64,000 nt of DNA from Nymphaea colorata (lineage: Eukaryota). Within the stretch, counting starts at the first letter, position 1. Every line of letters starts with the position of its first letter. A program made the translations under genes and the position numbers. The stretch lies in NCBI RefSeq assembly GCF_008831285.2, contig NC_045138.2, positions 7,564,001-7,628,000 of the forward strand. The letters run 5' to 3'. Shown piece by piece: positions 24,470-36,954 of the stretch. The notes below the pieces were generated by a model. The model did not search any database and was not told where the DNA came from. It was given only the letters and a program-made list of their open reading frames with translations.

Positions 24470-24893
24470 TCTCGGCCAGATGGGTTTTTAGCAAGATTAT
24501 ATCAATGTAGTGGTAAGCTTCTTTAAGATGACAAAATTTGTTAAAAAACTCAATAGAGCAAACATAGTCCTCATTCCGAAGCACGATGGCGCCCGAAGAG
24601 TCCAAGATATCTGGTCCGTTGCCCTTTGCAAAAATCTTTATAAAATCATCACCAAATTGATGCCCGTTTCTGATAATCCTCGATAGTGAGATAGTGCATT
24701 CACTTGGGAATCTTCATATCACCATCTTCTTGTTTGAAAGTAAACATTGCAAAGGCTTTTGATAAACTGAAGTGGAGGTTCCTACGCAATGCTTTACTCA
24801 AGCTTGGGTTTGCATCTCAGTGGGTTTACAAGATTATGACATGTGCATCTATAGCCTCTGCTGCTGTCTCTATAAATGGTCAAATTGGCAATT
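24470..24893 (+). mobile_element. LINE reverse-transcriptase fragment
   Basis: PDGF, NRANIVLIPK, ALCKNLYKIITK, KVNIAKAFDKLKWRFL..LLKLGF..WV..IMTC..VSING. Confidence 0.8.
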
Positions 24894-25580
24894 TCAGTGC
24901 CGAGGCTGAATATAGGGCAATGGCGACTACCTCAAACGAGCTCATTTGGATCAAATCACACATCCAAGAACTTGGATTTGTTATCAAGTCTCCCATTCCA
25001 ATGCAGTGTAACAATCAAGCTGCAATTCATATAGCTGCAAATTTAGTTTTTCACGAACGTACCAAACACATAGAAATTGATTGTCATTATGTATGTGAAA
25101 AGGTTAAAAAAGGAGAGATTGAAACTCCATATACTAGAAGCACAGAGCAGTTGAACGATGGGTATATTAAAGGACTTCCTACAAAGCAATTTGATGATAT
25201 TAAAAGCAAGTGGGGCTGTTTGAATCTCTACGCCCCACTTGAAGGGGAGTGTTGAAAGCAATCGTTTCAGCCAGCACAGCATACTCAATGGCTCCTCTCA
25301 ATCTTGCCTTCTGAAACCCATTGAACGTTCGAAGGATTACTGCCATTCTCATTAGTTTCCTCAATAATCTTAATTCCTGTATGTAAAGTTCACCAAATGT
25401 TCATATTCATCATGTATTATATATGTCCTTGTAAAGCAAAGAAAAAAACAAAGAGAAAGAAAATAGAGGAAATCAAAGGGACTGCTGCTCTGGTGTTCTT
25501 TGTGGATCTAGGTCTATGAACCAAACCACGTAAAATCTGTGTTTCAATTCTTCGTTCTCCTCTTCTCTCCCATTTCAACA
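24894..25580 (+). mobile_element. 5'-truncated Ty1/Copia: RNase H, PPT and 3' LTR (25250-25580)
   Basis: SAEAEYRAMA...CNNQAAIHIAANLVFHERTKHIEIDCHYV; PPT GAAGGGGAG; LTR TGTTGAAA...TTTCAACA (331 bp). Confidence 0.88.
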
Positions 25581-28049
25581 TAAACATTTCTTGTAAATCC
25601 TTCCTTTAATAAATTGATGGATGTTTATGTATAAATATATAGGATGCTTATGTTTCATCTAAAATAATTATTTAGCAAAAATTTGAAGGGTCAATTTCTT
25701 TGATTTAACTATAACCCCTTTTCATTTAAGTTGACCTTGTGTGCTTAATACTTTAGTGATATCGGTAGGTCAATGACGAAATTTGATTACTAATTCAGAA
25801 ACGAATCCATTTAGTCAAATCTAATAAAGAAAAATGGACAAAAAAAAATTCTATTCTGATTCAAATTTGGTATATGGTTCGAGTATTTGACTTCTAATTC
25901 ACGTTATAAATATGGTAATGGCGGCAGTCCATTATGTGTAAACATCGGATATTGCTCCCGTTGAATTTGGATATGGTTTAAAAAACTTATGTCTAACTTC
26001 AAACCTGATTAAGGATGTTCCGATCAAATGGAATTTGATAAATTTTGAATCCAACACATGTTTGAAACTTGAAACCTCTATTTCCTCGCTCAAAGGAAAA
26101 ATTAGAAAGGTACAACCCATATTTGAAACTATAATAAAATATTGGCCCTTAATAAGAATTTCCCAAAAATGAAGTTTTTGCTATTTAGGAGTTCTGTCTG
26201 GTAGTGTGGAAGCCTCTCCTTTTTCTTCTTGTTCTTGGGGTCTAGAGCTGTTTGTGGACCTGGTTGGGGAATGAGACAACCATCAGTTATAATGTCACTC
26301 ATCCATCATTGTAGTCCTCTTGTCCACGAGAATTGGATTGACGACCGAATTTTAACCAATCTACCAGTTCAACCAACTAAGCTACGTCCCTCAAAGAAAT
26401 CCTTTTTTTTTTGTGTATGTGAAAAGAAGAAAGCATTGTATGGGCCATGTAGAACTCTGGCTAAAATATCAAGTAAAAAATATGACGCGTAAAAAAAAGT
26501 AATATGACATAACCACAGACTAAAAATTTGAAGATGTACTTTCTTTCAATTTTTCTATTGCTGAATTGGTTAAGGGTTTTTAAAATATATATTATAATCC
26601 TTCCCAAGATTGAAGCTAAATTTCCCCAATCACCATGGTATAAAAGTAAAGTGATCATTATCTATTAGTTGTCCTTTAGCCTTTTTTTTTAATTAACAAA
26701 ACTACTTGTTATATTAAGTTCATACTAGGCCTTTTGTTCAACTCAACTTAGCCATAAAGGAAATTGTATTACAACCCTATTAAACTTATTATTCTTTTGA
26801 TATCCTTTAGTTCCAGGTATCATAGATTTCCTATTGATACAAAGGAAAAAATTGTGACTTAAGTTGAAAACATTTGCACATAAATCCAGGCACAGGCACA
26901 GCCAGAAAATTTTGGTTAAGAGGTATTAAGAAGGACCTTCAAGATCTTATTGAATATAAATGAGAAAAATGATCCTGAAGTATTAATTTAAAAAGAAGCA
27001 TTTTCGAGTCAGTGTGGGCAATTTCCCATGCAATGTCCACATCTGCTTCCTCCCCTGCATAAAACTGACTGGATGCATAACTTTTAGAAACTTTGTACAC
27101 TTGATGTCTCTCAAGCAAAAATACACTTCTGCTATGAGGAAAAACGATAATGAAACATCTATGTTGTACTGTAATATAAACACCATTTACATAAACGAAA
27201 TTGAAAAAGAAAAAGAAAATAAAGAGCTCATTACATCCATCTGTAATAGAATGAACAAATGAAAAAGCTTTTGCACATGCCCGTTCTATTTTTGTATGAT
27301 ACAATTTAGACGTTTGAGAAAGATTTATGTTCCTAAAAACATTTACATCCGTGAATGTGAAGTTTTTTCTAATGGATTTTTCTTTGTTAGAATCATCTAT
27401 AAAACTTTTAGACAAAAGTTTAACGCATTTTTGCTTGATACGTAGCCTGATATAAACATCCTTGTGCTTTAATTAGGGATTTCTACACCATGAAGGGCCA
27501 GCAGACGTGGTCGTTCCCCTAATGCATGTTCTTGTAAAGATTTTATCAAATTTTTTAATAATGGCCGTCCGAAAATTATAAATGGTCCAATATGTTCATA
27601 CACTTGGTCTAATAACAGATTGGAAGAAGAAAATATTAGATGCCGACTTGACTGGCGATTGTTAATAACAGAAGTGCATTTTTTTCGAAAAAAAAAACGT
27701 GGAAAATTAAATGGCCGTTTAAAACTTGAAAAACGAGTTTTTTTAAAAAAAAGTTAAAAACGACGGTTTTTCAGTGTTTTAATGTTAAACAGTTTTATTT
27801 TTTCATTTTTTATTTTTTATTTGTTGCAAATCTACTTTTCTTTTGATGTTTGTGTTATTAGTTTCTCACTTACCCCCATTTTAGTTTTTTTTATAATTTT
27901 CAAAAATTTACTGTATTTTTCCTTTATTTTATTTTATTAAGCTCATCATATTATACCTAAGAAAAACCTCACCATTTAAAACTTCGAGACGTTATTTGTG
28001 ACTATGCATTCACAGATGTAAATGTTAATACTATGTGGTGGCATAATGT

Positions 28050-29480
28050 GAACATGAAGTTTTCATTAAGAGTAATCTTCGCAAAGACAATATCTGATCA
28101 CCGTGCCCTTCTCTTACATATTAATGAGAGGTTTTCTGGCGGTGGTGGTAAATCTCTATTTAGATTTTTGAGCTGCTGGATGATGACGGATGAGCATGAA
28201 CAGATGATTAAAAAAGTTGGAATATGTTCCCCGCTCTCTCTCATGGTGGAACTCTTAACATTTTTTTTGTAAATCCCATACAATCTGCTTTTTTTCAAGC
28301 TACACAGAATCGCTAGGTTTGTAGGACACCAATCATGAGCGTGCTTAAGGAAGGTGCTGGACAACATATGCTTGCATGAGGAAGATGACAAGAATACAAC
28401 ATTTTTTAAAAGTTAGGTGAAAAATCAGTTTAAAAAAAAAAAAGAAAAAAGAAAAAACTATGTTGGTAATTCATGGCAGGAAGTTGGATGTCCCTTGGCA
28501 AATTTCTGCAGGATGTAGGGATTATTTTGTTGAATTATTTTCAGGCAAGCAAAGTTTTCTGTGCAAAGGGAGGATTTTTGAGGGCCCAAGAGTCACTGAT
28601 GAAGATAATAGAGCCCTTATGCCTCTTGTGCAACCACAAGAGGTGAGGAAAGCCCTTTTTAGTATGGCCAATGGAAAAGCTCCATGCCCGGATGGATTTG
28701 AGGCATATTTTTATTAAAATTATACTGCACATATTGGGTTGAGATATCTCCAAAGCAGTTATGGATTGTTTTTATGTCGGGTAAATTGATGCAAAAGCAG
28801 AATATTAGACAAGGGACCCGATGTCTCCCTTATCATTTTTTGGAGGCCATGGAAATATTATCCAGACTTATCAAACTCAGAACTAATAAGAATGACATCC
28901 AAGTTCCTCTTATTCCTCGCGTTGGGCATTGTCCAGGCCTCCTCTCTTTGGCTGATGGTGTTCTTTTATTTTGTAAAGCAGAAAGAAGGTCTGTCACAAA
29001 TATAATGCTTGTTCTTGAGGCCATGGGAAGAACATCAGTGCTCAAAATAAATGCTGCAAATTCTCCCCTCATTGTTCTTAATGGTGACAGAACTATTCTG
29101 GATTCGTTATTCTAATTAGCAGGGCTGTTCACTGCAATCTCTACCCCTTAAGTATCTTGAACTTCCTTTATTTCAAGGAAATCTTAAAGTGGAATGTTGT
29201 GAGGACCCCGTACACAAGGTTGATAGGAAGCTTGCAGGTTGGAGAGTTCCACTTCTCTCTTATGCAGGTCGTAAGTGCTTACTCGAGCATGTCATTTCCC
29301 CCATGGCCTCAAGAACAAGCATTATACAAATTATCTTATGGTGCGAGCAAAATGAAATCAGGAAACTTCATATGGTGGCCTGGAAAACTATCTGTATGCC
29401 TAAAATTGAAGGTGGCGTGGGCCTGCTATGGCCTCATTTTTCTGGCCTAATCTGGAAGGAGCTGTAAAATGGATAATCAA
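28050..29480 (+). mobile_element. Degenerate LINE ORF2 (endonuclease end and RT)
   Basis: Frameshifted pieces: SDHRALL..FRF, EVRKALFSM..GKAPCPDGF, IRQG, ADGVLLF, KVDRKLAGW...LSYAGR, HMVAWKTICMPKIEGGVG. Confidence 0.85.
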
Positions 29481-30099
29481 TGAAGGTATTTGTTAGCCTA
29501 ATTAGCATGCTGCTCCTATAAACTATTTGAAGTTCAAAATCAATTGTAGCCACTCATTAGTAGCACTACTATTGTTGCAGTAGATTGGATGCAGTAAATG
29601 CATCGGTTCCTTCCTTCCCCGTCACATTCAAATTGAAGAGAGAAGAAGCACCAACAAAAAAAGTCTAAAGTAAGTGACAAACAAAGAATCAACAAATCCA
29701 AATGCGTTAAAAATTGCAGAAATTGAAATTTCCAAATCAAAATAAAATGATTTTTGATGATCAAAACAACATGAATCTAAACATCCAAAAAGTCAGACAA
29801 AACGAGTTACTGAGTGAAACTAAAATGGGATTTCTTGTTATCAGAACAAGAGGAACAGAGAGAGAGGGAGAGATCTTTATTCAACATTTCAAAGCCAATC
29901 AAAGGTTGGGCTGGTGTACAATCCAGTACCTCACTAGGAAGCCAAAACAAAACCATGGGTCTAGCAAGAGTCCAACGTATGGAACCAAGACAAAACTTCG
30001 GGTCAAACACCAAACCAACTAGAACAGGACGAAAGTGAAACAAGTATAAAACCGAATGATTGCAGTTGATAATATCGCTGTGATATGTAAAGAATATGA

Positions 30100-31700
30100 A
30101 ACTCACCCAATAACCATATCCTTCTTCCCCATCAACTTGCATGACAAGGAGAATGCCCTCACCACCCCCCAAAGTCCATGAAAAGGACCCCATAGAGGTA
30201 TATCTCTATTGCTCTATAGAGAACAGACGGAAGCCGAAGACCCAGGTTGAAATGACAAAAAATCCAAGGGTGCCCTAAGGGCCCGTTTGATGGGCGGGTG
30301 AAATTTAACGTGGTAAATTTTTCTGGAAACTGTGCTGATTATGGAACTTATGAGTCATGATATTAGCTGAAAGCCTGAAACATAAATCAGACTTCTCAAA
30401 AACAGAAATGAGACTTCCCACGTCAAAGATTTTAGAAAGCTTTCCATTACCAAATTAAATGTTCATCGTCATCATCAAATGGCATGTCTATTTCATAGGA
30501 AAACTGAAAAATTACGAACTGACTGTAATGAGTTACAAACATACTGTAAATAGACAAATAAACATATTGAAATAAAAAAATTTACAACTTACAAACAGAG
30601 TTACAGACCATATAATGAAACAAAATTTATATAAGCATTATGACATTAATATCAGTAATGAAATGGCAAACAATTTAAAGTCACTGCTTATGTACTTGAT
30701 CAAGAAATCAAGAAAGACCTCCTTCGACGCTGGTGGACAATGACTATATTAACCAAGGCTCACCTCCTTCGAGAATTGGCAGCAGCTTGTGGAAGATCCT
30801 CAATGGGAGAAGAAGCGGAAGGCAAAATCTCCCGTGAAATTACAATGTAAACACCCAAATCAGTCGTCGAAGATCCTCAATGGGAGAAGAAGCGGAAGGC
30901 AAAATCCTATGTGAAATTTCAATGTAAACGCCCAAATCATATGCCAAACAACAAAGACTATGCTGGTAACTGTGGCAGAAGCGAGAGAGATAGAGACACT
31001 CACCAGGCAGTAATAGGGGCAACTGTGGCAGAGAAGCGACGGCGCAGAGAGGCAACTGTGGCAGACAGTCTCTGTGGCAGAGGGGAAGGAGCGACAACTC
31101 AGGGCATCAGAGAAAGGGAGAAGGGGAGGGAATCAGAGAGAGAAAGGAAAAAAGCCTACCGGCGATGGAGCGGAGACGCGACGGCGCAGCTGCGACGGTG
31201 AGAACTGGTTCTACTCTGGTGCGAGTGCGACAGTGAGAAGGCACGAGGTCGAGAGCTGCGGAGGGAGGTCGAGCGGAGTGCAAGTAGATTCCCCAAAACA
31301 TATATTTCGAGCGGGTGAAATTTCACCCGCTTGAAAGTCCGAGCTCGGAGCTCGGACTTTCGAGAGGGTGGAATTCCACTCGCTCCCTTTTGGGTTAAAC
31401 GGGTGGAATTCCACCCCGTTTGATGGGTTTTCAATCGGGCGGGTGAAATTTCACCCGCCCATACAAATTCTTCCTCCCCCATCAACTTTCACCCGCCCAT
31501 CAAACGGGCCCTAAAGGATGACTAAATTACGTGAGGTTTACGAATCCTGGAAGACTACCTTGTAGACATAAGAAGGGCAGTCGTCCTCCTGACATTGTTA
31601 GATGTATCTTTGGTCAGAAGTGCCGTGGCTCATAGACATGCCTTCAATTCATCTTCAATAATTTGAGGCTCTGGGTTCGTAGAACAACTTCCATAAACTT
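30100..31700 (-). mobile_element. Possible LINE ORF1 (DUF4283-like) remnant split by the Harbinger insertion
   Basis: Removing 30279-31511 gives YKVVFQD..SRNLVIL.GHPWIFCHFNLGLR, which resembles the DUF4283 'VL..GPW.F....L.L' motif. Weak; contains stops. Confidence 0.35.
30279..31511. mobile_element. PIF/Harbinger (Tourist-like) non-autonomous element, 1233 bp
   Basis: Perfect 25-bp TIR GGGCCCGTTTGATGGGCGGGTGAAA / TTTCACCCGCCCATCAAACGGGCCC and TAA TSD (30276-78, 31512-14). Confidence 0.92.
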
Positions 31701-32530
31701 TAGGAACTCTTTTATAGGGCGATGTAGGGAAAACCCGATCCCTTCGGCAACACAAGAGAGATATTGTGCCACCATAGACCCAAACAAGGAGGGTGGAGGA
31801 AGCCAAGACAATGGGAACTCCGGAACCCTGGCACTTGGAAGCACTGGCAGGGAGCAAATGGAGCGGATGATGGAGTAGAAGGAAAAAATTGATAATGACT
31901 TGTTTGCCCTGAAGGAGGGGCGGAGCGAGGATCTTTTCAAGGGTGGGTCAAACAGTTTGACAAACTTCAATATGTTATATATATAATATATTATATATAT
32001 AATATATAAAATATAATATATATACTTGCACACTTTATATAGCATTTGCAAAACCACTGCATAGTAAAAGTGAACATATGTCGCATTCAATTGCCCACAT
32101 CATGAACGTGAAGCATGACCTGTTCTACAACATATTTTAATAATTGGTTGTGTCATTAGCACAAAGCGTGATCTGTCCTAAACAAATAAGGTGATATATT
32201 TCGATTATAGTGACGTAAGCAATCTAAAATGTAGCAAACAAATATATCTATAAATTTTAAAACCAAACAAATAAGTGTTACCTAAAACAAGCAAATTTGT
32301 ATTTTTTGCCTTTATTTTTATTAAAAATAGTCACATATCATCATTCATTCACATTGTCATAAAAAGTATATAATTCACTCAAAGATGAGAGCTCGCTCCT
32401 TAAATAAAAGTTATATGTACAACCATTAAGTCCCAATAGTGACATTTCATTAGAAATAAAAAAATTCAATAGTTGAACATATTAGCGATTATATATGTTA
32501 TATGTTTATTATTTGCACCACCATAGTGGC

Positions 32531-32721
32531 CTCGGTAGAGATAGGAATTTTTTATGAGTAAGACAGAATTATAGTTACAAAAATCTGACGGAGACTGAAA
32601 TATAATTTTTCAAAATTTGTATATAAGATAGATAAATTTGTTTAAAATTTACATGTAAATTTAACAAAGAAAACTAAGGGGGGAGAGGGCCTCTGCGGGC
32701 CCCACCCCAGCTCCGCCCTTG
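32531..32721. mobile_element. hAT-type MITE in the dirigent promoter (unit A)
   Basis: Perfect 8-bp TSD ATAGTGGC (32523-30, 32722-29); right end CAGCTCCGCCCTTG; left TIR degenerate. Confidence 0.75.
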
Positions 32722-32746
32722 ATAGTGGCCTTAGCTAGCTCTTTCC

Positions 32747-32754
32747 TATAAATA
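32747..32754 (+). promoter_or_regulatory. TATA box of dirigent gene A
   Basis: CCTATAAATA, 73 bp upstream of the ATG; fits the plant consensus. Confidence 0.75.
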
Positions 32755-32819
32755 AGGTGCCTGTGAATGTGTTTTCTTCACTCACCTCCCCCATACGATA
32801 AGCCTAGAGGCTGTCAAGT

Positions 32820-33386
32820 ATGTCTGCCACAACCTTCTTCACAACTACCCAATTCTTGCTCTTCTTCTTCTCCCTCACCACCATCACACTTGGTGATGCC
32901 AACATCCAAGGGGAAGTACTGAATCCTCCAGCCCAAGGAACTGAGAAGGTGAGCCATATTCACTTTTATTTCCATGATAGCCTGGATGGGCGGTACTCTA
33001 TCCGCATTGCCGCTGCGCCGCCGTTTTACAAGTCGGCGACCCCATTTGGTCTTGCCGCTGTTGTTGATTCCCCGTTGACGGAAGGGCCTGATCCAGGATC
33101 CAAGTTGGTTGGAAGAGCACAAGGGCTGTATGTCATAGCTTCAAAGGAAGAAGTTGGCTTGCTAATGGATTTGACATACCAGCTCTACGAAGGAAAGTAC
33201 AATGGGAGCAGCATCAGTGTGCTTGGGCGGAATGCAGTGCGTAATCCATTGAGGGAGATGCCGGTTGTGGGGGGAACTGGCCTTTTCCGGCTAGCCCGCG
33301 GTTACGTACAAGCTAAGAACTACCTTTACAACCTCACAAGTGGGCTTGCAATTGTGGAATATGATGCATTTGTGATGCATTATTAG
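32820..33386 (+). CDS. DIR: Dirigent protein (probably DIR-b/d-like), secreted, intronless, 188 aa
   Basis: Hydrophobic signal peptide; HFYFHD, FG..AVVDSPLTEGP..SKLVGRAQGLY, YNGSSISVLGRN, REMPVVGGTGLFRLARGY motifs; N-glycosylation sequons NGS and NLT. Confidence 0.96.
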   Translation: MSATTFFTTTQFLLFFFSLTTITLGDANIQGEVLNPPAQGTEKVSHIHFYFHDSLDGRYSIRIAAAPPFYKSATPFGLAAVVDSPLTEGPDPGSKLVGRAQGLYVIASKEEVGLLMDLTYQLYEGKYNGSSISVLGRNAVRNPLREMPVVGGTGLFRLARGYVQAKNYLYNLTSGLAIVEYDAFVMHY

Positions 33387-35629
33387 TGAGATGGTTGGCT
33401 TTTATGGTGTTATTGTGCGCTTTGAGTTCGAAACTTCCATGCATGTTAGTACTGTTCGTTGCAAGATGTCATGTTAAGTACTCAAAAGTAGTAGCGACCC
33501 TATTTTCTTACAGCGTGGTTCTTGAGGCTAGTAAAAGCCATTTGTTTTATGTGCTTCCTGGTTTCAGTATGCTGTTGTGATTAAGCTTGATAGTGAGAAA
33601 ATAAAGCAATTTGGAATTCAAACTTGGTGACTAAACACGATTAGTTCAACGTAAATGCACCTGTGCCAATTTAAACTTATAATTGGATCTAAAGTATAAC
33701 AACAATGAAGATCCAAAGTATAACAACAATGAAACATTGTGCACAGGCATATACAATAATAAAAATGCCCCTATTTTAAGTGAGAAGAAACATTTTAAAG
33801 GGACAAAAAAGAGTTATGAAAAAATTAAATTAAAAAGAATATTTCTTCGTAAAAAAAAATCTAAAGTACCCCAACCCCCCTTCATTTTCCCTTTGTTATA
33901 TTCTTGTGACGTGCACACTGCTCGATCTGTCTGCAAAAGCATAAAAATAAGTAGAGGGACATATATATATATATATGCTCCGACAGATGCTTTTGGAAGA
34001 GGTTTAAAATTCAATGGTTAAAATTGTTAGAAATGTTTTTTCAAGGAGATAAATAATTGATCAAAGTTTGATGTTATGAACTTAAATAGTTTTGAAGGAC
34101 GAATACAGTCCAATGCAGGTTCTTCCTGATTAACTACATAGATAACATTATGCAGGCGTAGATTGAAGAAGAAAATTAAGAATATACTGCTATGTCACCT
34201 AGACTTGCCTGCTCATGCAACAATGAGAACCGTGTGTCCCTGGCCGCACCTGATTGTGCACCATTGCGTGTAAAAAGGAATTGTGGTAACAAGAAAAAGG
34301 AAAGGAAAAGGAAAAAAAATGTACCTATCCGCATCTTTTTCCTCTTTCTTCAGCAACAACCAGCCACCGACAGAATCCAACGTCCGGTGGAACCACGACA
34401 GCAGCCCCAGAAATTTTGAAGACTGCACCACCTACACCTCTTATTCATGTAGTATAGATCAAAAGATGCTTAACATCAATTAAGGACATATCAAAAGAGA
34501 TTTCGCCAATATGCGGGAGTCCATAAACAGCTATCAAGGCTAAGCTCAATTCGGCCTTTCGCCCGGGCCAATGCCCTTCCCTTTCGCTCACCTGGAAGCA
34601 AATTTAGGTTCGGTGGAAGCAAATTTAGGTTCAGTCGGGGTAGCTCTTATGGGTGGACCCAAGTCCATTCCACACTGAAATCCTGCAGACCTATTCAGGC
34701 AATTGCCCCCTCCGGCCCACATGTGGCTGTACCACTACTGAACCTCACTTCACCAACAACTTCCAAACAAGGGTTTCTGGTTAAATTTGTTTCTTTTTTT
34801 ATTATACAGCATATTTGTGTTGGAAGCTAATTAAGCATTTGCATCCAGCAAAAGGCAGTTTTACCATCATTTGATTCAGTGTAAATGAGCTTCCAATTAT
34901 GAGCAGTACTTACGTCAATGGTTCAAAATATGTGAACCTCTGGCCCCAACTTTTTGAATGTCATCTATAGTAGAATAATTTATACATGTTTATCTTTGTA
35001 TATTTTTTTTCTTCATTCTTATTATAATCAAAATATATGAACCTCTGGCCCCAAGGGGCATATCGTAGCTAGTCGGGCTGACAGATCATTGAGACTTTAA
35101 TTTCCATAAAAGTACCTCATCCACACGGGAAATAGTTGCAATGTGACATCCTAGTTGACAAGTGTATCGTATGTCCACCTATGCCCCTAAGAAGTCCTAA
35201 ACTCTGCGACAAAGGAAAGGAGGGGAAAGCTTCAGCCCTTCTTCGGGTGGCTTCTGTTCACTGAATAATACAAGAACCTCTGAGAAATCAGATTCAGTAA
35301 AAGTAACATTTTATTTAAATCTGGTCGATTGATGTACAATGCATAATATTGGCTGACGTGGACTGATATTAACGACACGAGAGAGAGGACATTGAAGATA
35401 CAATACATGTTAGACGATACGAAAAATTATTAATAGCAATTGGTAACCAATAGAGTAGTTACATTACCTGCTCCTCTAGTCACAGCACTAGTAATGTTTC
35501 TATTAAATGTTAAATAGGGTCCTGCACTGCACACTCCTTTACAAGGGAGGAAGTGGTTGGGCATTGTGGGTAACGCTGTCTTCTTAGTTGTGTCAGATTT
35601 TTTTCTAATCTGGCAGATTGGTAAAGAAA

Positions 35630-35990
35630 GTTAATATATTACAAGTTGCCTTGATTCCGATCATGATATTATGTCAGGGTGTAGAGCTGATAATCACCAC
35701 ATGTCTTGTGTTCAAATTGTCTTGAGTGAATTTATAAAAGAAACTGGGCTCCCTTCCAATACTCAACAGTCTTGCTTTATTCCTTTTAATGTTCAATCTG
35801 GTAAAATTCAAGAAATAGTTGATATTTTGAGCTGGGTCCTGCTAATCTTCCTGTTCCATGTCTTGAAATTCCCTTGTTCACAAGAAACATTCCTAGTCCA
35901 TAAATTGCTCCGATACCATGATAAAGTACAAGAGAGAGGGAAAGAAAATTGGTTGTTTTGTTGACAAAGATTACAAAGGACATATTAAAT
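35630..35990 (+). mobile_element. Highly degenerate LINE RT 3' fragment (duplicate at about 50857-51217)
   Basis: LSEFIKETGLPSNTQQSCF...IVDIL resembles the LINE 'L..F...SGL..N..KS' region. Confidence 0.45.
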
Positions 35991-36954
35991 ACAAGTTGTT
36001 ACAATATAAAACAGTAATCGATGGAAATCCATTCCCAAATTACTCGTGTTTGATATATTACAACGTGAGTATGGACATTTTTTATATATTCAATGATCAA
36101 GCACTGGACATGAGTAAAACCACGTGTTTCTCGAACATGGTGTTCTTAAAACATACATGGGAAACATGTGTTTCAAAAATATGATATTCTTTTCAAAGAA
36201 TCCTTTTAGGTATGATGCGGCGGGATCCCATCCTATTTTTATATTGTATTTATTGCACCTATTAAATTACTACAGTATGTGTAACCTGCCCCCTATGACA
36301 TTTGAAACAGGGATTGACCACCTATCCCTTCCTATTTTTGTATTATTTTTATTGCCCCTATTTTTATATTGACATTTGAAACAGCAATTAACCACCTACC
36401 AATCTGTAATACCGTATACCAATCTGTAATACCGTTTTGAGGATCCCCATGAGTGATTGGTAGATGTTAGACCACCTAGTTAAGAGATAAAAACAGACCT
36501 CTTAAATTCAGTGTTAAAAATTGTTTTAAACAATATATGAACCTTCTAATGTGTTTATAAACTTTAATTTTACATAAATCGGACTTTAGTTCAAATAATT
36601 TATTTTTAATTGATCTTTGCACTGTCAAAATTTTCTCATTATAAGAGCTGCTCATTTTTATTATTAAAAAACATTATTTACGCAAAAATATGACCTACTT
36701 AGATGTATGTTTCTTGACAAATCACTTTTATGATCATATTTATCAGATTAGGTTGCAATATATATTAATAATTAATTTTGATAGGTTTGGTTTTTGTCTC
36801 TTAATCGCTTAGTTTTTACCAATTTTCTATATTATATTATATTATATTATACTATACTACAGTGTATATACATATATAAAAAATATCATAGAAGCCGAAC
36901 AGAGGAGATTGGGAGAGGACTGATTCAGTCACAGGGCTGCTGCAACCTTCAACT

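Larger units (their letters stand above)
21140..36374. repeat. About 15.2-kb tandem segmental duplication, unit A
   Basis: Dozens of ORF pairs with identical translations offset by 15213-15227 bp (e.g. 23157/38371, 28033/43246, 32820/48045). Confidence 0.97.

Noticed and set aside
26939..27415. 158-aa minus-strand ORF present in all three units (also 19770-20126 and 42152-42628)
   Set aside because: AT-rich composition, no motif, ends differ between relic and A/B; persistence is explained by duplication.
24470..29480. Idea that the LINE piece at 24.5-24.9 kb is the segment missing from the LINE at 28-29.5 kb
   Set aside because: Both pieces have their own PDGF motif with different sequence, so they more likely come from different LINE copies.
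32814..33122. 102-aa minus-strand ORF (and its copy at 48039-48347)
   Set aside because: Antisense shadow of the dirigent CDS.
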